Translations under genes and position numbers: made by a program | Notes under the pieces: model-generated | Told to the model about the DNA's origin: nothing | What the model saw: only the letters and a program-made list of their open reading frames with translations | Databases searched by the model: none | NCBI GenBank assembly: GCA_002269645.1 | Contig: NIVC01001866.1 | Coordinates: 57,118 to 121,117, forward strand | DNA length: 64,000 nucleotides | Source: Macrostomum lignano | Taxonomy: Eukaryota | Direction of reading: 5' to 3' | Shown: piece by piece, positions 10,001 through 19,500 of the stretch | How the letters are laid out: each line of letters starts with the position of its first letter | How positions within the stretch are numbered: position 1 is the first letter of the stretch

Positions 10001-13000
10001 CAAATGCTCTGTCGTGATGTTCGAGCCAGCAGAATTTTGATGACCCTTTGGCCAACGAATACAGAGGAGATGCGATTACAGAAAATCGAGCTACAAATTT
10101 CCTGTAGTAATTCGCGAATCCAAGAAAAGCTAGTAATTGCCTCTTGTCTGTTGGCTTGCACCAGTTTCTAACAGCGTCGATCTTAGTCGGATCTGCTTCT
10201 ATGCCCTGGGAGGAGACGACGAATCCTAAGAAACGAACTCGATCCTTAAAAAGTTCACATTTCGATGGCTTGATTTTTAGATTGGCCTTTTTAAGTTGCC
10301 AAAGGACAAGGGCCAGGTGGACGATCATTTCGTCATTGTCTCTGGCTTTTATAATGATGTCGTCCAAGTAGATGAGGCTGACGCGCATTAATAAAGGTCG
10401 GAAAACTTTGTGCATCAACTTGGCAAAGTTCGCTGGGGCTGTTTTTATCCCGAATGGGACAACTTTCCAGCGATAGGTCCCCTGGGGACATGTGAAGGCC
10501 GTGAGATCACGGTCCTGTTCTCGGATACCTACCTGCCAGTAGGCAGATGTAAGATCTAAACTTGAGAATACCTTTGACCCCGCTAAGCTATCAAAGGACT
10601 CCTCTATTAGAGGCAGCGGAAAGGTGCACGGTTTTATGACTTTGTTGACACTACGGTAATCAATGCAAAGGCGCTGCGAGCCGTCTTTTTTCCTAACTAA
10701 GACTATGGGAGAAGCCCATTCTGAGTTGCTTTCTTCGATTACTCCTTGTTCAATTAGCTGGTTTATGTGCCGATCTAAAAATTCTTTTTGCGCTGGTGTT
10801 GTGCGTCTTGAGGGTTGCGAGATGGGTCGGCAGGTTGGTTCGTTGAGCTCAATAGCCATCTCGTGAAGGTGTGTTTTCCCTAAATCCGTGTCACTTTTAG
10901 ATATCGCACTGAGGAAATAGTTTAACAGTTTTAATGTTATTGTCAACTGGGTTTCTGACAGGGTGGACTCTTCTAGTTTGAACTGCTTCTTTAGCCAAGA
11001 TGCTGTGCCAAGATCAGGGTCAGGAAGTTTAGCAAGCTTGGTTCCCAGATCTTTGGAACTGCTAACTGAGAAGTCCTTCTCGGTGAGAGCAGTGTGCGAG
11101 ATGGTCTCACCAACTCTTAAGCTTTGAAAGGAGGCGATCTCCTGTCCCGCAGCAATTTCGGACGGCTGGTTGCCACTATTCAATAGGCGTACCAGGACAT
11201 GACCAGTGCTGCTCACACTATCCACAGAATGAGCCACAAAGAATTCCGAGTCAGAACAAAAGAGCTTGGTGCCCAGGAATCCAGGAGAGCCAGGATCTGC
11301 ACCAATGACTCGGCTTGGCACCATGGTCTCTGATCTGGGGGGTAACTGCACGTTGCAAGCTGCAGTGACTCTGCGAGCTTGAAAGACTCCCCGATCGCCT
11401 TCAATCACAGGTACCACTTCGCCCGCTACAGTTACCTGACCATCTGCAACAAGCAGGTTCACGTTAAAACCTCTCATAAAGTCTATTCCTAAGAGGACGT
11501 CTGTAACTTGACCTTCTGTGACTAGGAACACGTGAGTCTGTGATATTTTGCCCAGCTTGACTTCACAGTGTAGGGTGCCTAGAATCTGTGTCGAGGTACC
11601 ATTAAATGCTGTTGCAGCTTGGTATTTTCTAGCAGGAATAAATGTATTGTTGATTGGATCGTTTGCAATCAGTTGGTCTCTGACTTTGGTGCCCATGACG
11701 CTTGCATTGCAACCTGAATCAAGGCAAGCGATGACCTTGTTGTCTCCAATTCCCAACTGCACAAACATACTAGACTCGACTGGAGTATCGGCCGCCCAGG
11801 ATTGGTCACATCGGACAGGCATTTGGTAGCGACAGACCCCTACTGCTCTATCATGTTTGTGACCAGGATCTGCTCGGCGTAAGAATTGCACAGTTGTGCC
11901 TACTAACTGATGGCTGTTTGCAACCTGTTTTAACTCGTTGTCAAGGCTGGAATAATGGCAAAAGAGGGAGTCTGGCATCTGACTTGGCTGGATAAAGCCA
12001 AATCCACCTTTCCAAACCGTTATGGTTCCTATTTCCATCATTGGGGCCATACCAGTTGGTCTTCCACCTGCCCCTACCCCATTGGAGGGCGGTGGTTTCG
12101 GGCAGTCCGCAGTTAAATGGTCATGGTCGCTGCACCGATTGCATCGCTTAGGGGATTTAGACCAACGACTACTGTTCTTGTACTGGCCAGATTGTCCCAG
12201 ATTGACAGGCGGCACTTGTGAAGGAAAGTTCTGAAAATCTTTTGAATTATGATCTGAAGACTGAGTGGTCTGATTCTGTTGAACTAGTTTTTCAAGCTCG
12301 CGGATTCGGGCTTCTAATTCTGCTGTTCTGTCAGGGGCGGCAGCTCTGATGACTGGAGTTACTTCACTAGATAAGAGCTTCTTGACACCGGCAATTTCCC
12401 TGGCCTTTTTTGCTAAATCTTCAGCAGACCATGTTGGGTTTTCTTGACCCAGGAGGATCAGTCTTTCAGCAAGACCCTTATCTCTCAGACCATAGCAAAA
12501 CCGAGCTCGCACCAAGGGTTCGGCGGTAGGTTTTTTAAGATTAGCAGACTTTGATAGTCTTGTTAGTCTGTCAAAGAACTCCTGTGTTGTTTCCGAGTTT
12601 AACTGTTCGGCAACCGCAAGCTCTAAGTAGCTTTTGTGTTCTGTTCCCGAATCTGTGAATCGATCTTTCAGACTTTTTAGTGCAGTTTGAATGGACTCGC
12701 GGTGCAGAGAGTTGTTAAAAATGAATTCTTGGCACTCAGGTGCGAGCATTGACAATAGGACAGCTGGTTGCTGAGGTGTTGGGACATGATGAGCTTCAAC
12801 ATAAGTCAGAAACTGTGTCTCCCATAGTTCGAAATTCATTTGGGGTTGAAAGGGTGGTGGTGGTCGTAGCTTTGGGCTCGAGTTTGAAAGTTTCTCAGCT
12901 GCTGCGGAAGCCTCTCTGTCACAAGTTTTCTCTAGGATCATTGTTAGAGTCTGGAGGACCTTACTTAAGTCTGACTGCTCTGCCATACCATGTGGTGGTT

Positions 13001-13169
13001 TCGCATCCCTACTTGTGTCTCCAACCTGTGCAGCCTGTTGGCTTGAGGCACCAGCTTCAGGTGGCGTTGATGTGCTACTCTCTGTCTGCAACTGTAAAAC
13101 CTGCTGGCCCTGGCCAGCAGCCCCATTGGGCGACAAGGCCTCATCACTTTCTTCGTTAGAAGAGGACAT
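7038..13169 (-). CDS. Gag-Pol polyprotein, 2043 aa: capsid, CCHC knuckle, cold-shock domain, aspartic protease, dUTPase-like spacer, RT, RNase H, integrase, Pro-rich tail
   Basis: CX2CX4HX4C knuckle CNRCSDHDHLTADC (12102-12143). Protease LDSG (about 11712-11720). RT motifs WASPIVLVRKKDGSQRLCIDYR, LDLTSAYWQV, VPFGIKTAP and YLDD (10359-10370). RNase H motifs FILDCDSS and RELL. Integrase HHCC (HRDINH...CEVC), D-D-E core (VDHAGP, SDNG, KAER) and GPY. No chromodomain or env seen. Confidence 0.98.
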   Translation of the reverse strand: MSSSNEESDEALSPNGAAGQGQQVLQLQTESSTSTPPEAGASSQQAAQVGDTSRDAKPPHGMAEQSDLSKVLQTLTMILEKTCDREASAAAEKLSNSSPKLRPPPPFQPQMNFELWETQFLTYVEAHHVPTPQQPAVLLSMLAPECQEFIFNNSLHRESIQTALKSLKDRFTDSGTEHKSYLELAVAEQLNSETTQEFFDRLTRLSKSANLKKPTAEPLVRARFCYGLRDKGLAERLILLGQENPTWSAEDLAKKAREIAGVKKLLSSEVTPVIRAAAPDRTAELEARIRELEKLVQQNQTTQSSDHNSKDFQNFPSQVPPVNLGQSGQYKNSSRWSKSPKRCNRCSDHDHLTADCPKPPPSNGVGAGGRPTGMAPMMEIGTITVWKGGFGFIQPSQMPDSLFCHYSSLDNELKQVANSHQLVGTTVQFLRRADPGHKHDRAVGVCRYQMPVRCDQSWAADTPVESSMFVQLGIGDNKVIACLDSGCNASVMGTKVRDQLIANDPINNTFIPARKYQAATAFNGTSTQILGTLHCEVKLGKISQTHVFLVTEGQVTDVLLGIDFMRGFNVNLLVADGQVTVAGEVVPVIEGDRGVFQARRVTAACNVQLPPRSETMVPSRVIGADPGSPGFLGTKLFCSDSEFFVAHSVDSVSSTGHVLVRLLNSGNQPSEIAAGQEIASFQSLRVGETISHTALTEKDFSVSSSKDLGTKLAKLPDPDLGTASWLKKQFKLEESTLSETQLTITLKLLNYFLSAISKSDTDLGKTHLHEMAIELNEPTCRPISQPSRRTTPAQKEFLDRHINQLIEQGVIEESNSEWASPIVLVRKKDGSQRLCIDYRSVNKVIKPCTFPLPLIEESFDSLAGSKVFSSLDLTSAYWQVGIREQDRDLTAFTCPQGTYRWKVVPFGIKTAPANFAKLMHKVFRPLLMRVSLIYLDDIIIKARDNDEMIVHLALVLWQLKKANLKIKPSKCELFKDRVRFLGFVVSSQGIEADPTKIDAVRNWCKPTDKRQLLAFLGFANYYRKFVARFSVIASPLYSLAKGSSKFCWLEHHDRAFEELKANLCAPPVLAYPDLKPSAGPFILDCDSSLEGVGGVLSQEGPDGQEHVVAYASKKFTHSQRNYCATMRELLGLVIMLEHFRTYLLDRSFLVRSDAAALQWLHTKKHSTGMLAQWLATIDVYNFKVCQTPLERLAEYDFSVEHRPGRDHVNADMLSRNPRFRSDHHDCPTCSKIPAFQDKFRKLEEQRCQDEDEDTDSMPAVQLRTAQIDACCQTEPHQSNQEPKYPSEILTSHEGSDEVRSHRSLSLPSTAQDPDPEGETSEDEMSENSENLWAREAQESSTDLVRLIEAVEGKSPRLTKVEVQDCSREIRTLWAMFDELEVVNGLLTRVKPAKQGQVSQRLIIIPETADVDELVSCYHRDINHCGINKTVRALKQRFQITNLEVFVKGIIAECEVCCRTKKNKRKNKEPLEPILSGYPNQIVHVDHAGPFPEQEGNRYLLVLVDNFSGYVEIVPVPDVSAATTATVILTEWIVRYGTMEKLVSDNGTAFINKTVAELTRLLEIDMARITAHRPQSNGKAERTIQSIKAQIRAICLEKRVNWVYAARLAGLSIRTTVAESTGWTPARLFFGRELVLPLDLLFNPPRHDRYDPDCYAHKLHKLLVEVSAIARMERGKAQQRQKRNYDRNTIHSNFEIGELVWVLNPDHRGLDSAVWLGPYKVVQKVSERNYRLIPEFARINPICQTPNPSHNIYNVDRMKRCIRKQTYQDIADRFELRVPALIPPSRLGQLDDQSESRSDSWGSSATTCSEPEPEAEVPNTQDDEAPDPPHTSAPDPPHTPAPDPPRTLAPDPPHTSAPDPPHTSAPDPPNTSAPDPPRTSAPDPPHPPAPDPPHTSAPDPPHTSSPDRLARNQSPSLPSAFVEVADSGNLQQDYQVPEIGAEVEVPQNNTEEQLPESRVHESSTTMPAMDGLRPESPTSGSHCIQETPPAQDTVDSDKVEAFPAGPVTTPITTTRSGRLVRKPQRFLNTIVRLCSRNGHLSNSA
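7458..7701 (-). repeat. 24-bp coding tandem repeat (PDPPHTSA)n in the integrase C-terminal tail
   Basis: About 10 in-frame units of GATGTGTGCGGTGGATCAGGCGCT (plus strand). Confidence 0.93.
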
Positions 13170-13757
13170 TAGGAGACGAGATATGACAGATATTGCTTTG
13201 CCAGAGAGTGGCGAGAGGAAAGGCCAGATAGTAAAAACACGAAAGAAGTCTGGCAGAGTTAAAGAGCCTCACTACAATTCCTAGAAAAATTAGACTAACC
13301 CAGAAAATATTATACTGGCTCTGCCAGACAGGCCCTATGTTCCTATGCAGAGTTGAATACTAAGAAAACTCCCTCACCTAGCTGGTCTCCTGCCACTGCC
13401 ACGTGATTCGGTGTAGTCCTGGGTTGCCGCCGGCGTTGGCTTGGCCTCCCGGCTTAAGCTCAATTTGTTGTTGGTCAGTTGGTCTCTTGGCGCTTGTACT
13501 TGTAGTGCAGTCTCGATTGGCTGACTCTGACTGGCGTTGATTCTGACAGGGGTATCGTTGCGCGCAACCCCAAAGGACGAAAACTTGCAGGCAGTCGGGC
13601 AGGTAGCTTCTGGTTGGCCAGCTAAGGGGTGACTCGCGGTCACGTGATGGCGGGGGTTTGTCTCGCTCTCGCTGTTGGATGCAGGAACACTTGCCACTTG
13701 GTTTTAGAGTACCTGTGCACTGCTGCAGATACTTGATGGCATATAGCCGTATGCGAG

Positions 13758-13804
13758 CTGAATCCGAGCTGATGCGAGTTCGACGAATTCGGTGGGACCC
13801 TCCA
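13758..13804 (-). other. Primer-binding site complementary to tRNA-Gln, apparently extended to the anticodon loop
   Basis: Minus strand TGGAGGGTCCCACCGA begins 6 nt after the 5' LTR. The plus strand ...TCGGTGGGACCCTCCA matches the conserved metazoan tRNA-Gln 3' end TCGGTGGGACCT-CCA (recalled, not searched) with a 1-nt insertion. Confidence 0.75.
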
Positions 13805-13810
13805 AATTTA

Positions 13811-14262
13811 TGTGACGAGTTTATTTAGTTCGAGAACATGGGACTGATGCGCGTGCGCGTGCTGAGTCTGAGTGTTGATCTTGTCCTAGGCCAATATACG
13901 TATTATTAATTTAACAACTCAATTGCTAGTCTGAATAATGGTGAGTAGGTCAGAAGCAGTATGGCAATGCCAACTATTACCAAAGGGTAACCTGAGACGA
14001 TAATATAATGTTAATGCCACCCAGCCTACGGGAACTAAGACCAACACACAGAGCGCAGGACTCTACACAAAAACTATCAAGAAGCAAAATTTGAATAACT
14101 GCACTAATTGAAAATAGAAAAACAAAATTAAACCAAATGAGGAAAGTAACTAAAAAATAAGTTACAAACATTAGACCAAAATAGATATAGTTTTAAATAT
14201 TAATTGCAAAAAAACATAAATACGAAATTGAACATTTTCAATACAGAAGCGACGACGTTACA
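13811..14262 (-). repeat. 5' LTR of the Gypsy element
   Basis: 452 bp with TG...CA ends; followed on the minus strand by the PBS and a leader of about 640 nt. Confidence 0.97.
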
Positions 14263-16008
14263 CACGGCTGCTGAGCATATTGAACATGTGACATACTGAC
14301 ATTACACTACAGTCTACACAATATCGGTTTTTTCTTTTTTGACCCATAAAACTGAAAGAATTTCGAGTAATAAACTAAGTAAATTAGATTTTTGCTTTAC
14401 TATTAGATTTAAAATATATGACTTTAATACCATAAGTTTTTATTACAGTTTTATTCAGATTCAGTCAATCATTTTTATTGGAATATGCTAGGCCTAGGTT
14501 ATATGCATATGCCGGCAAAAATTCTCATGCTCATGTTTAGACACATAATTGACATTATCCTCAAAGCCAAAGCCAAAGACAGTATGAACAAATATTAGAA
14601 AATCTCATTCAAACACTAAACAGCATTTTTTAGTTGGTGGCACTTGGTGCATTACATTGTATTTTATTTTCTCTATTTTTGGAGCAAATAGCATGTTAGA
14701 TTGTTAAAAACTTAGCTATAATCTAAATGGTTTAATTATTAAAATGTAAAGGTATATATAGTAGGGGCCTATACAATTTTGCCTAGTTTTATAAATAGCC
14801 CTAGTTAGGGGAGGGGAGATAGGGGCCATAAATCTCTTAAACCTTTTAAAGTGAAACTTAGATTACTTACATTCAGTCATTTGTTATGAACTAAATTTGA
14901 GTTGAGTTGATTAGGTTTACTTTTGACTTACACTAGGCCCAATAATATGCATATATATATAATATTTATTGTGTATTGTGCATTATTTAATATTAACTAA
15001 AGACCCACTTAAAGAATTAGCTAGTTAGTCTAGGCCTAGGATCTATTGGTGGTTATTTTTATACTAAATTTGGCAAAAAATATATATCTTGATATTTAAA
15101 AAATATATATATTGACAATGCCATGCTAGTTTTTTTTTAATTATTTTCACTAGTTCTTCATTTTTAATGCAGCATAGCTAGATAATTTCAAGTACCTAAA
15201 ACTATAGTACTTTTTACCAAATTGTGGCCATTGTGTTACTTAGGATAGACATTTTTATTGACAACTGCCAAGCATACAATGCATTTTCTAATTACGTATT
15301 TTCTAACTATATATTTATCAATCACTGTTTATAATCTACATTTTTATTTGTTCTAAGTGACCTAACTAATATATATAAACATCTTTATAAAGGCACCTAG
15401 ATGCACATAAAAGTGGAATTTCATAGTTAGCATAGTACTAGTGACAACCTTTTTGAATTCCTACTTCAATAAGTTCTTCTAATATCAAATCTACCCTGAT
15501 AAGTGCTGTAGCAACTTCTTGTATGAGGTGACTAGTTTACCTTTTAACTATTAGGTGGAATAGCTGCACTGTTAGGACATTATAGGGCATAGGCTTAGGA
15601 ATTAGGATCTAGCCTATAATACGAGTAATAAATGATAATTCAAATCTATCTCATGGCTAACAATTAATAATGCTTAATGATATAATAAATGTCTAATTAT
15701 AAATAATTGAGAGCTAATATAAAGTTACAGAACTTTTATTCATTGTTATAAAATGTTTTAATATTGATATACACTCTTAATACTCTATAAAAAGGTTCTT
15801 TTGTTACTAAAAAACATATCAATAATGATCTTGAATGGCAGTGAGGCATATTAATTAAGTTTTATTGGTAATTTTTTACCAATTTAGTCAACAGTAAAAA
15901 AGTATTTTTTTTCTAAATTAGTTTCTTGTTTTATATCAAAATCTATTTGTAATTAATTTCAGGAGTCTGCAGTTCCACATCTCTGGCAGTTTGACATCAA
16001 ACAGCATA

Positions 16009-16202
16009 ATGAATCTCATCAGGGCCAGGCATCTTGCATTAATTGTGTATGGCCTGGTTTTGGTGCAACTGCCTCAAACTGATGCAAGCATTGAGATACC
16101 AACATGCGACTTCTCCAAGCTTAGCAGACAGCTGCCATCTTGTAAGTGGTTTGAAATGGGCGTTCTATTGGCACATTTGTGCAGATCAATCTGCTATTTA
16201 TA

Positions 16203-16275
<73 letters not shown>

Positions 16276-16278
16276 GCC

Positions 16279-16373
<95 letters not shown>

Positions 16374-16376
16374 AGG

Positions 16377-16437
<61 letters not shown>

Positions 16438-16448
16438 GTCTGTCTGGC

Positions 16449-16515
<67 letters not shown>

Positions 16516-16518
16516 AGG

Positions 16519-16579
<61 letters not shown>

Positions 16580-19500
16580 GTCTGTCTGTATCTGTATCTA
16601 TCCCACCTGATTCCACCACCCTCATTTGCAGTTGTCTCCCCGCGAGTCCGGTACTACTTCAATTCCAGCACAGACGAGCTGTCTAACCAGCTGGCTGTCG
16701 GCTCGGACCCGGCCGACCCGTTTCCTGCTCAGCTGGTTGCCGTGCTGCTCCGTCACGTGTTCCGCTACGCAAACGTGAGCATCGCCGAGTCGAACTGGTG
16801 CCGGGCCTGGCCCTACCGCTGCCCTGTGCGGCTTGACCTGCCCCACTCTGCTGGATATCCCTTTGCTAACTTGGGTTATGTGTACAGGAATGCACAGAGG
16901 TAATCAGGCTGGACATATTTGCAGTTGTGTGGCTCTGAAACTGATGAGTGGCACTGACAGTCATCAAGTTTTACGTCGAATTTTCTTTAAGAATTATTAC
17001 TGACAGTAGTATATAAGGCAAAGGAGAGTATACATTTTTTAATAATAATTAACAATCAACTTTTCCTATTGCAGGTACTGCTATGCTCAGCAATCGTCAG
17101 CTGGCAATGCTTCATCAGCTCTGGCCTCCGTATCAAACAGTTGCACCCCGATGCCAAGCCTGACTGAGCTGGCTCGTCTGCCACCTGCCAGCTATATGCA
17201 CGTGGCGCCTAGCAACTCTACTAAGCTGCGGCTCATTCTCCACAGTTTGGCTAGAAAGTGAGCATTTGTTATTCAACCACTGTTAGCTAAGCACCTGTTG
17301 ATTAGGAAACAGATAAATAGACATGTAGTCAATGTAATGGGAAGATGTACTTTAGACGTATCTGTTAATACCCAGTATGCCATCTAGATCTAAGTAAACA
17401 TTATCTATAGGTTTTGCTCCCATATTCCCTAGTTGAGCATTCCCCACATTCCCTAGTTGAGCACTCCCATATCCCTTAGTTGAGCACTCCCACATTCCCT
17501 AGTTGAGCATTCCCCATATTCCCTAGTTGAGCACTCCCATATCCCTTAGTTGAGCACTCCCATATCCCTTAGTTGATCACTCCCATATCCCTTAGTTGAG
17601 CACTCCCAGATTCCCTAGTTGAGCACTCCCATATTCCCTAGTTGAGCACTCCCATATTCCCTAGTTGAGCACTCCCATATTCCCTAGTTGAGCACTCCCA
17701 TATCCCTTAGTTGAGCACTCCCATATCCCTTAGTTGAGCACTCCCATATCCCTTAGTTGATCACTCCCATATCCCTTAGTTGAGCACTCCCAGATTCCCT
17801 AGTTGAGCACTCCCATATTCCCTAGTTGAGCATTCCCCATATTCCCTAGTTGAGCACTCCCATATCCCTTAGTTGAGCACTCCCATATTCCCTAGTTGAG
17901 CACTCCCATACTCCTTCGACTCCCCTCACCCGCCGCAGAGATCCGGACTTGGCTGCTTACCTTCGCTGGCTGCCCCTGCCAGGCCGCCGCCGCCGCGCCA
18001 AGGCCATCAACGCCTGCGACTGGCTGGCCTCTCAGCTGGCCGACTCGCCCGTCCGCCTCGGCGCCCTCCCCAGCCAGCTTCGAATCGGCCTCATCTGGCC
18101 TCGCGGCATCCTATTCGACGATCCTCGAGTGTTAGAATTTGCCAATCTGTCAGTCAGTATTATCAACGCCTACAATTGCAGTCGCTTGGACCCGGGCCGA
18201 CCCCAGTTCTGCTCCCTGCTAGACGATAATTATCAATTAGAGCTGTTGCCACGCGGCTTAGACTGCTCAAACCCGGGTGTATTGGATTATTACATGCGAC
18301 TGCACTGTCTGGATGTTAATTGCAATTTTGAAGCAGAGAGCGCCGGGCCCATTGTTGGCATGATTGCTGGCACCTGCTCAAAAACTGTAGAAGCAGTTGC
18401 TCAGGCCAGCACTCATCTGGGCACTATGGTTGTGGCGCCCACTGTTGAGTCGCCAGTATTCGCTCGCAGGGATATTTATCCCAATTTCTACAGGACAATA
18501 CCGAGCTACGTGGCCTACGCTGACACTGTTAGCCAGTTTCTAGTCGCCAATAACTGGAACCAGCTGGGCCTGCTCACTAATAAGAAATTGTTTCTTAATA
18601 GCCAGCACTTTCAGGTGAGAACTGGGCAGTTTTTTTCCAATGTGGCTGCTTGATGTTTTCTCATATTTCAACTCGGTTAAAACTATTTTAACCGGCCTTG
18701 CAGCCTAGTGGTCAGAGCGTCGGACTCACGACTTGAAGGTTGGGGGTTCGATTCCCGATCCTACTCGGAAGAATTAGTGTCCTTGAGCAAGACACTTAAC
18801 TCTGCCAGCATTAGCTGGGGTAATTGAGGCTGTGTGTGGTGACCCCCCAAACCTTGGACTGAACAGCCGTACGCAGCCTTCAGATGCGCCGCGCAATGGC
18901 TGCGGCTGAGCTGTCGGTTGCACATCTGGCCCAATCTGGGCAGGTGCAATCAATTATTATTAACTGTTAAATAAGGGCAATTTCATATTTTATTGAAACG
19001 CTATGCTAGGGAGGATTTGATGGTGTGTATTATGCAATCCATATGATCATAATTTACACTGACACTCGGCGCTGGAATAATAAGAATGTTGAAAAATGAC
19101 TTTTTACGAGCGTATAAAAAATCGATAAATTTTCTTAGATATTCTACTAATAGTAATAGTTCTCACCGGAGTAGCTGAGTAGCGATACAGTAAGTCAGGG
19201 TTATGTCTTCTGCCCTCCAAAGCCAAACTCTTATGGCTAATTAACTCACTTTCACCTGCAGCAAGACAAGGTCCGCATCTGTCACGATGAGTTCCTATCT
19301 GAACGCGAGTTGACGCTGCAGCAGGCCAAGGACTCGCTGTTACGGGCCAAGAATGAGGGCTGTCAGCTGTTCGCTATGGACTATTTCCGCAAGGGTACCT
19401 GTCTGTACATGTGCGCAGCCTATCAGCTGGGCATGTTTCCTAAGAATAATTATCAGTTTATACTGGCGCACTGGGCCAAGCACATCTTCACTGAGCGCGG

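Larger units (their letters stand above)
5124..14262 (-). mobile_element. Full-length Ty3/Gypsy LTR retrotransposon, apparently intact and recently inserted
   Basis: Two 452-bp direct repeats (5124-5575 and 13811-14262) with TG...CA termini. 4-bp TSD CACG at 5120-5123 and 14263-14266. PBS and PPT are in the expected positions for minus orientation. Single ORF with domain order Gag-PR-RT-RNaseH-IN, the Gypsy order. Confidence 0.98.

Noticed and set aside
12740-13697. Antisense and leader ORFs around gag (12740-13159 +, 13374-13697 -)
   Set aside because: No recognisable motifs and non-ATG or weak starts; consistent with shadow ORFs.
5290-14171. Identical 64-aa hydrophobic ORFs at 5290-5484 and 13977-14171
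   Set aside because: They are the AT-rich LTR sequence read twice; useful only as evidence of LTR identity.
18694-18770. Functional tRNA gene at the SINE heads (also 37800-37868 and 39670-39739)
   Set aside because: Acceptor stems do not pair properly and each head continues into a repeat body, so these are SINE heads.
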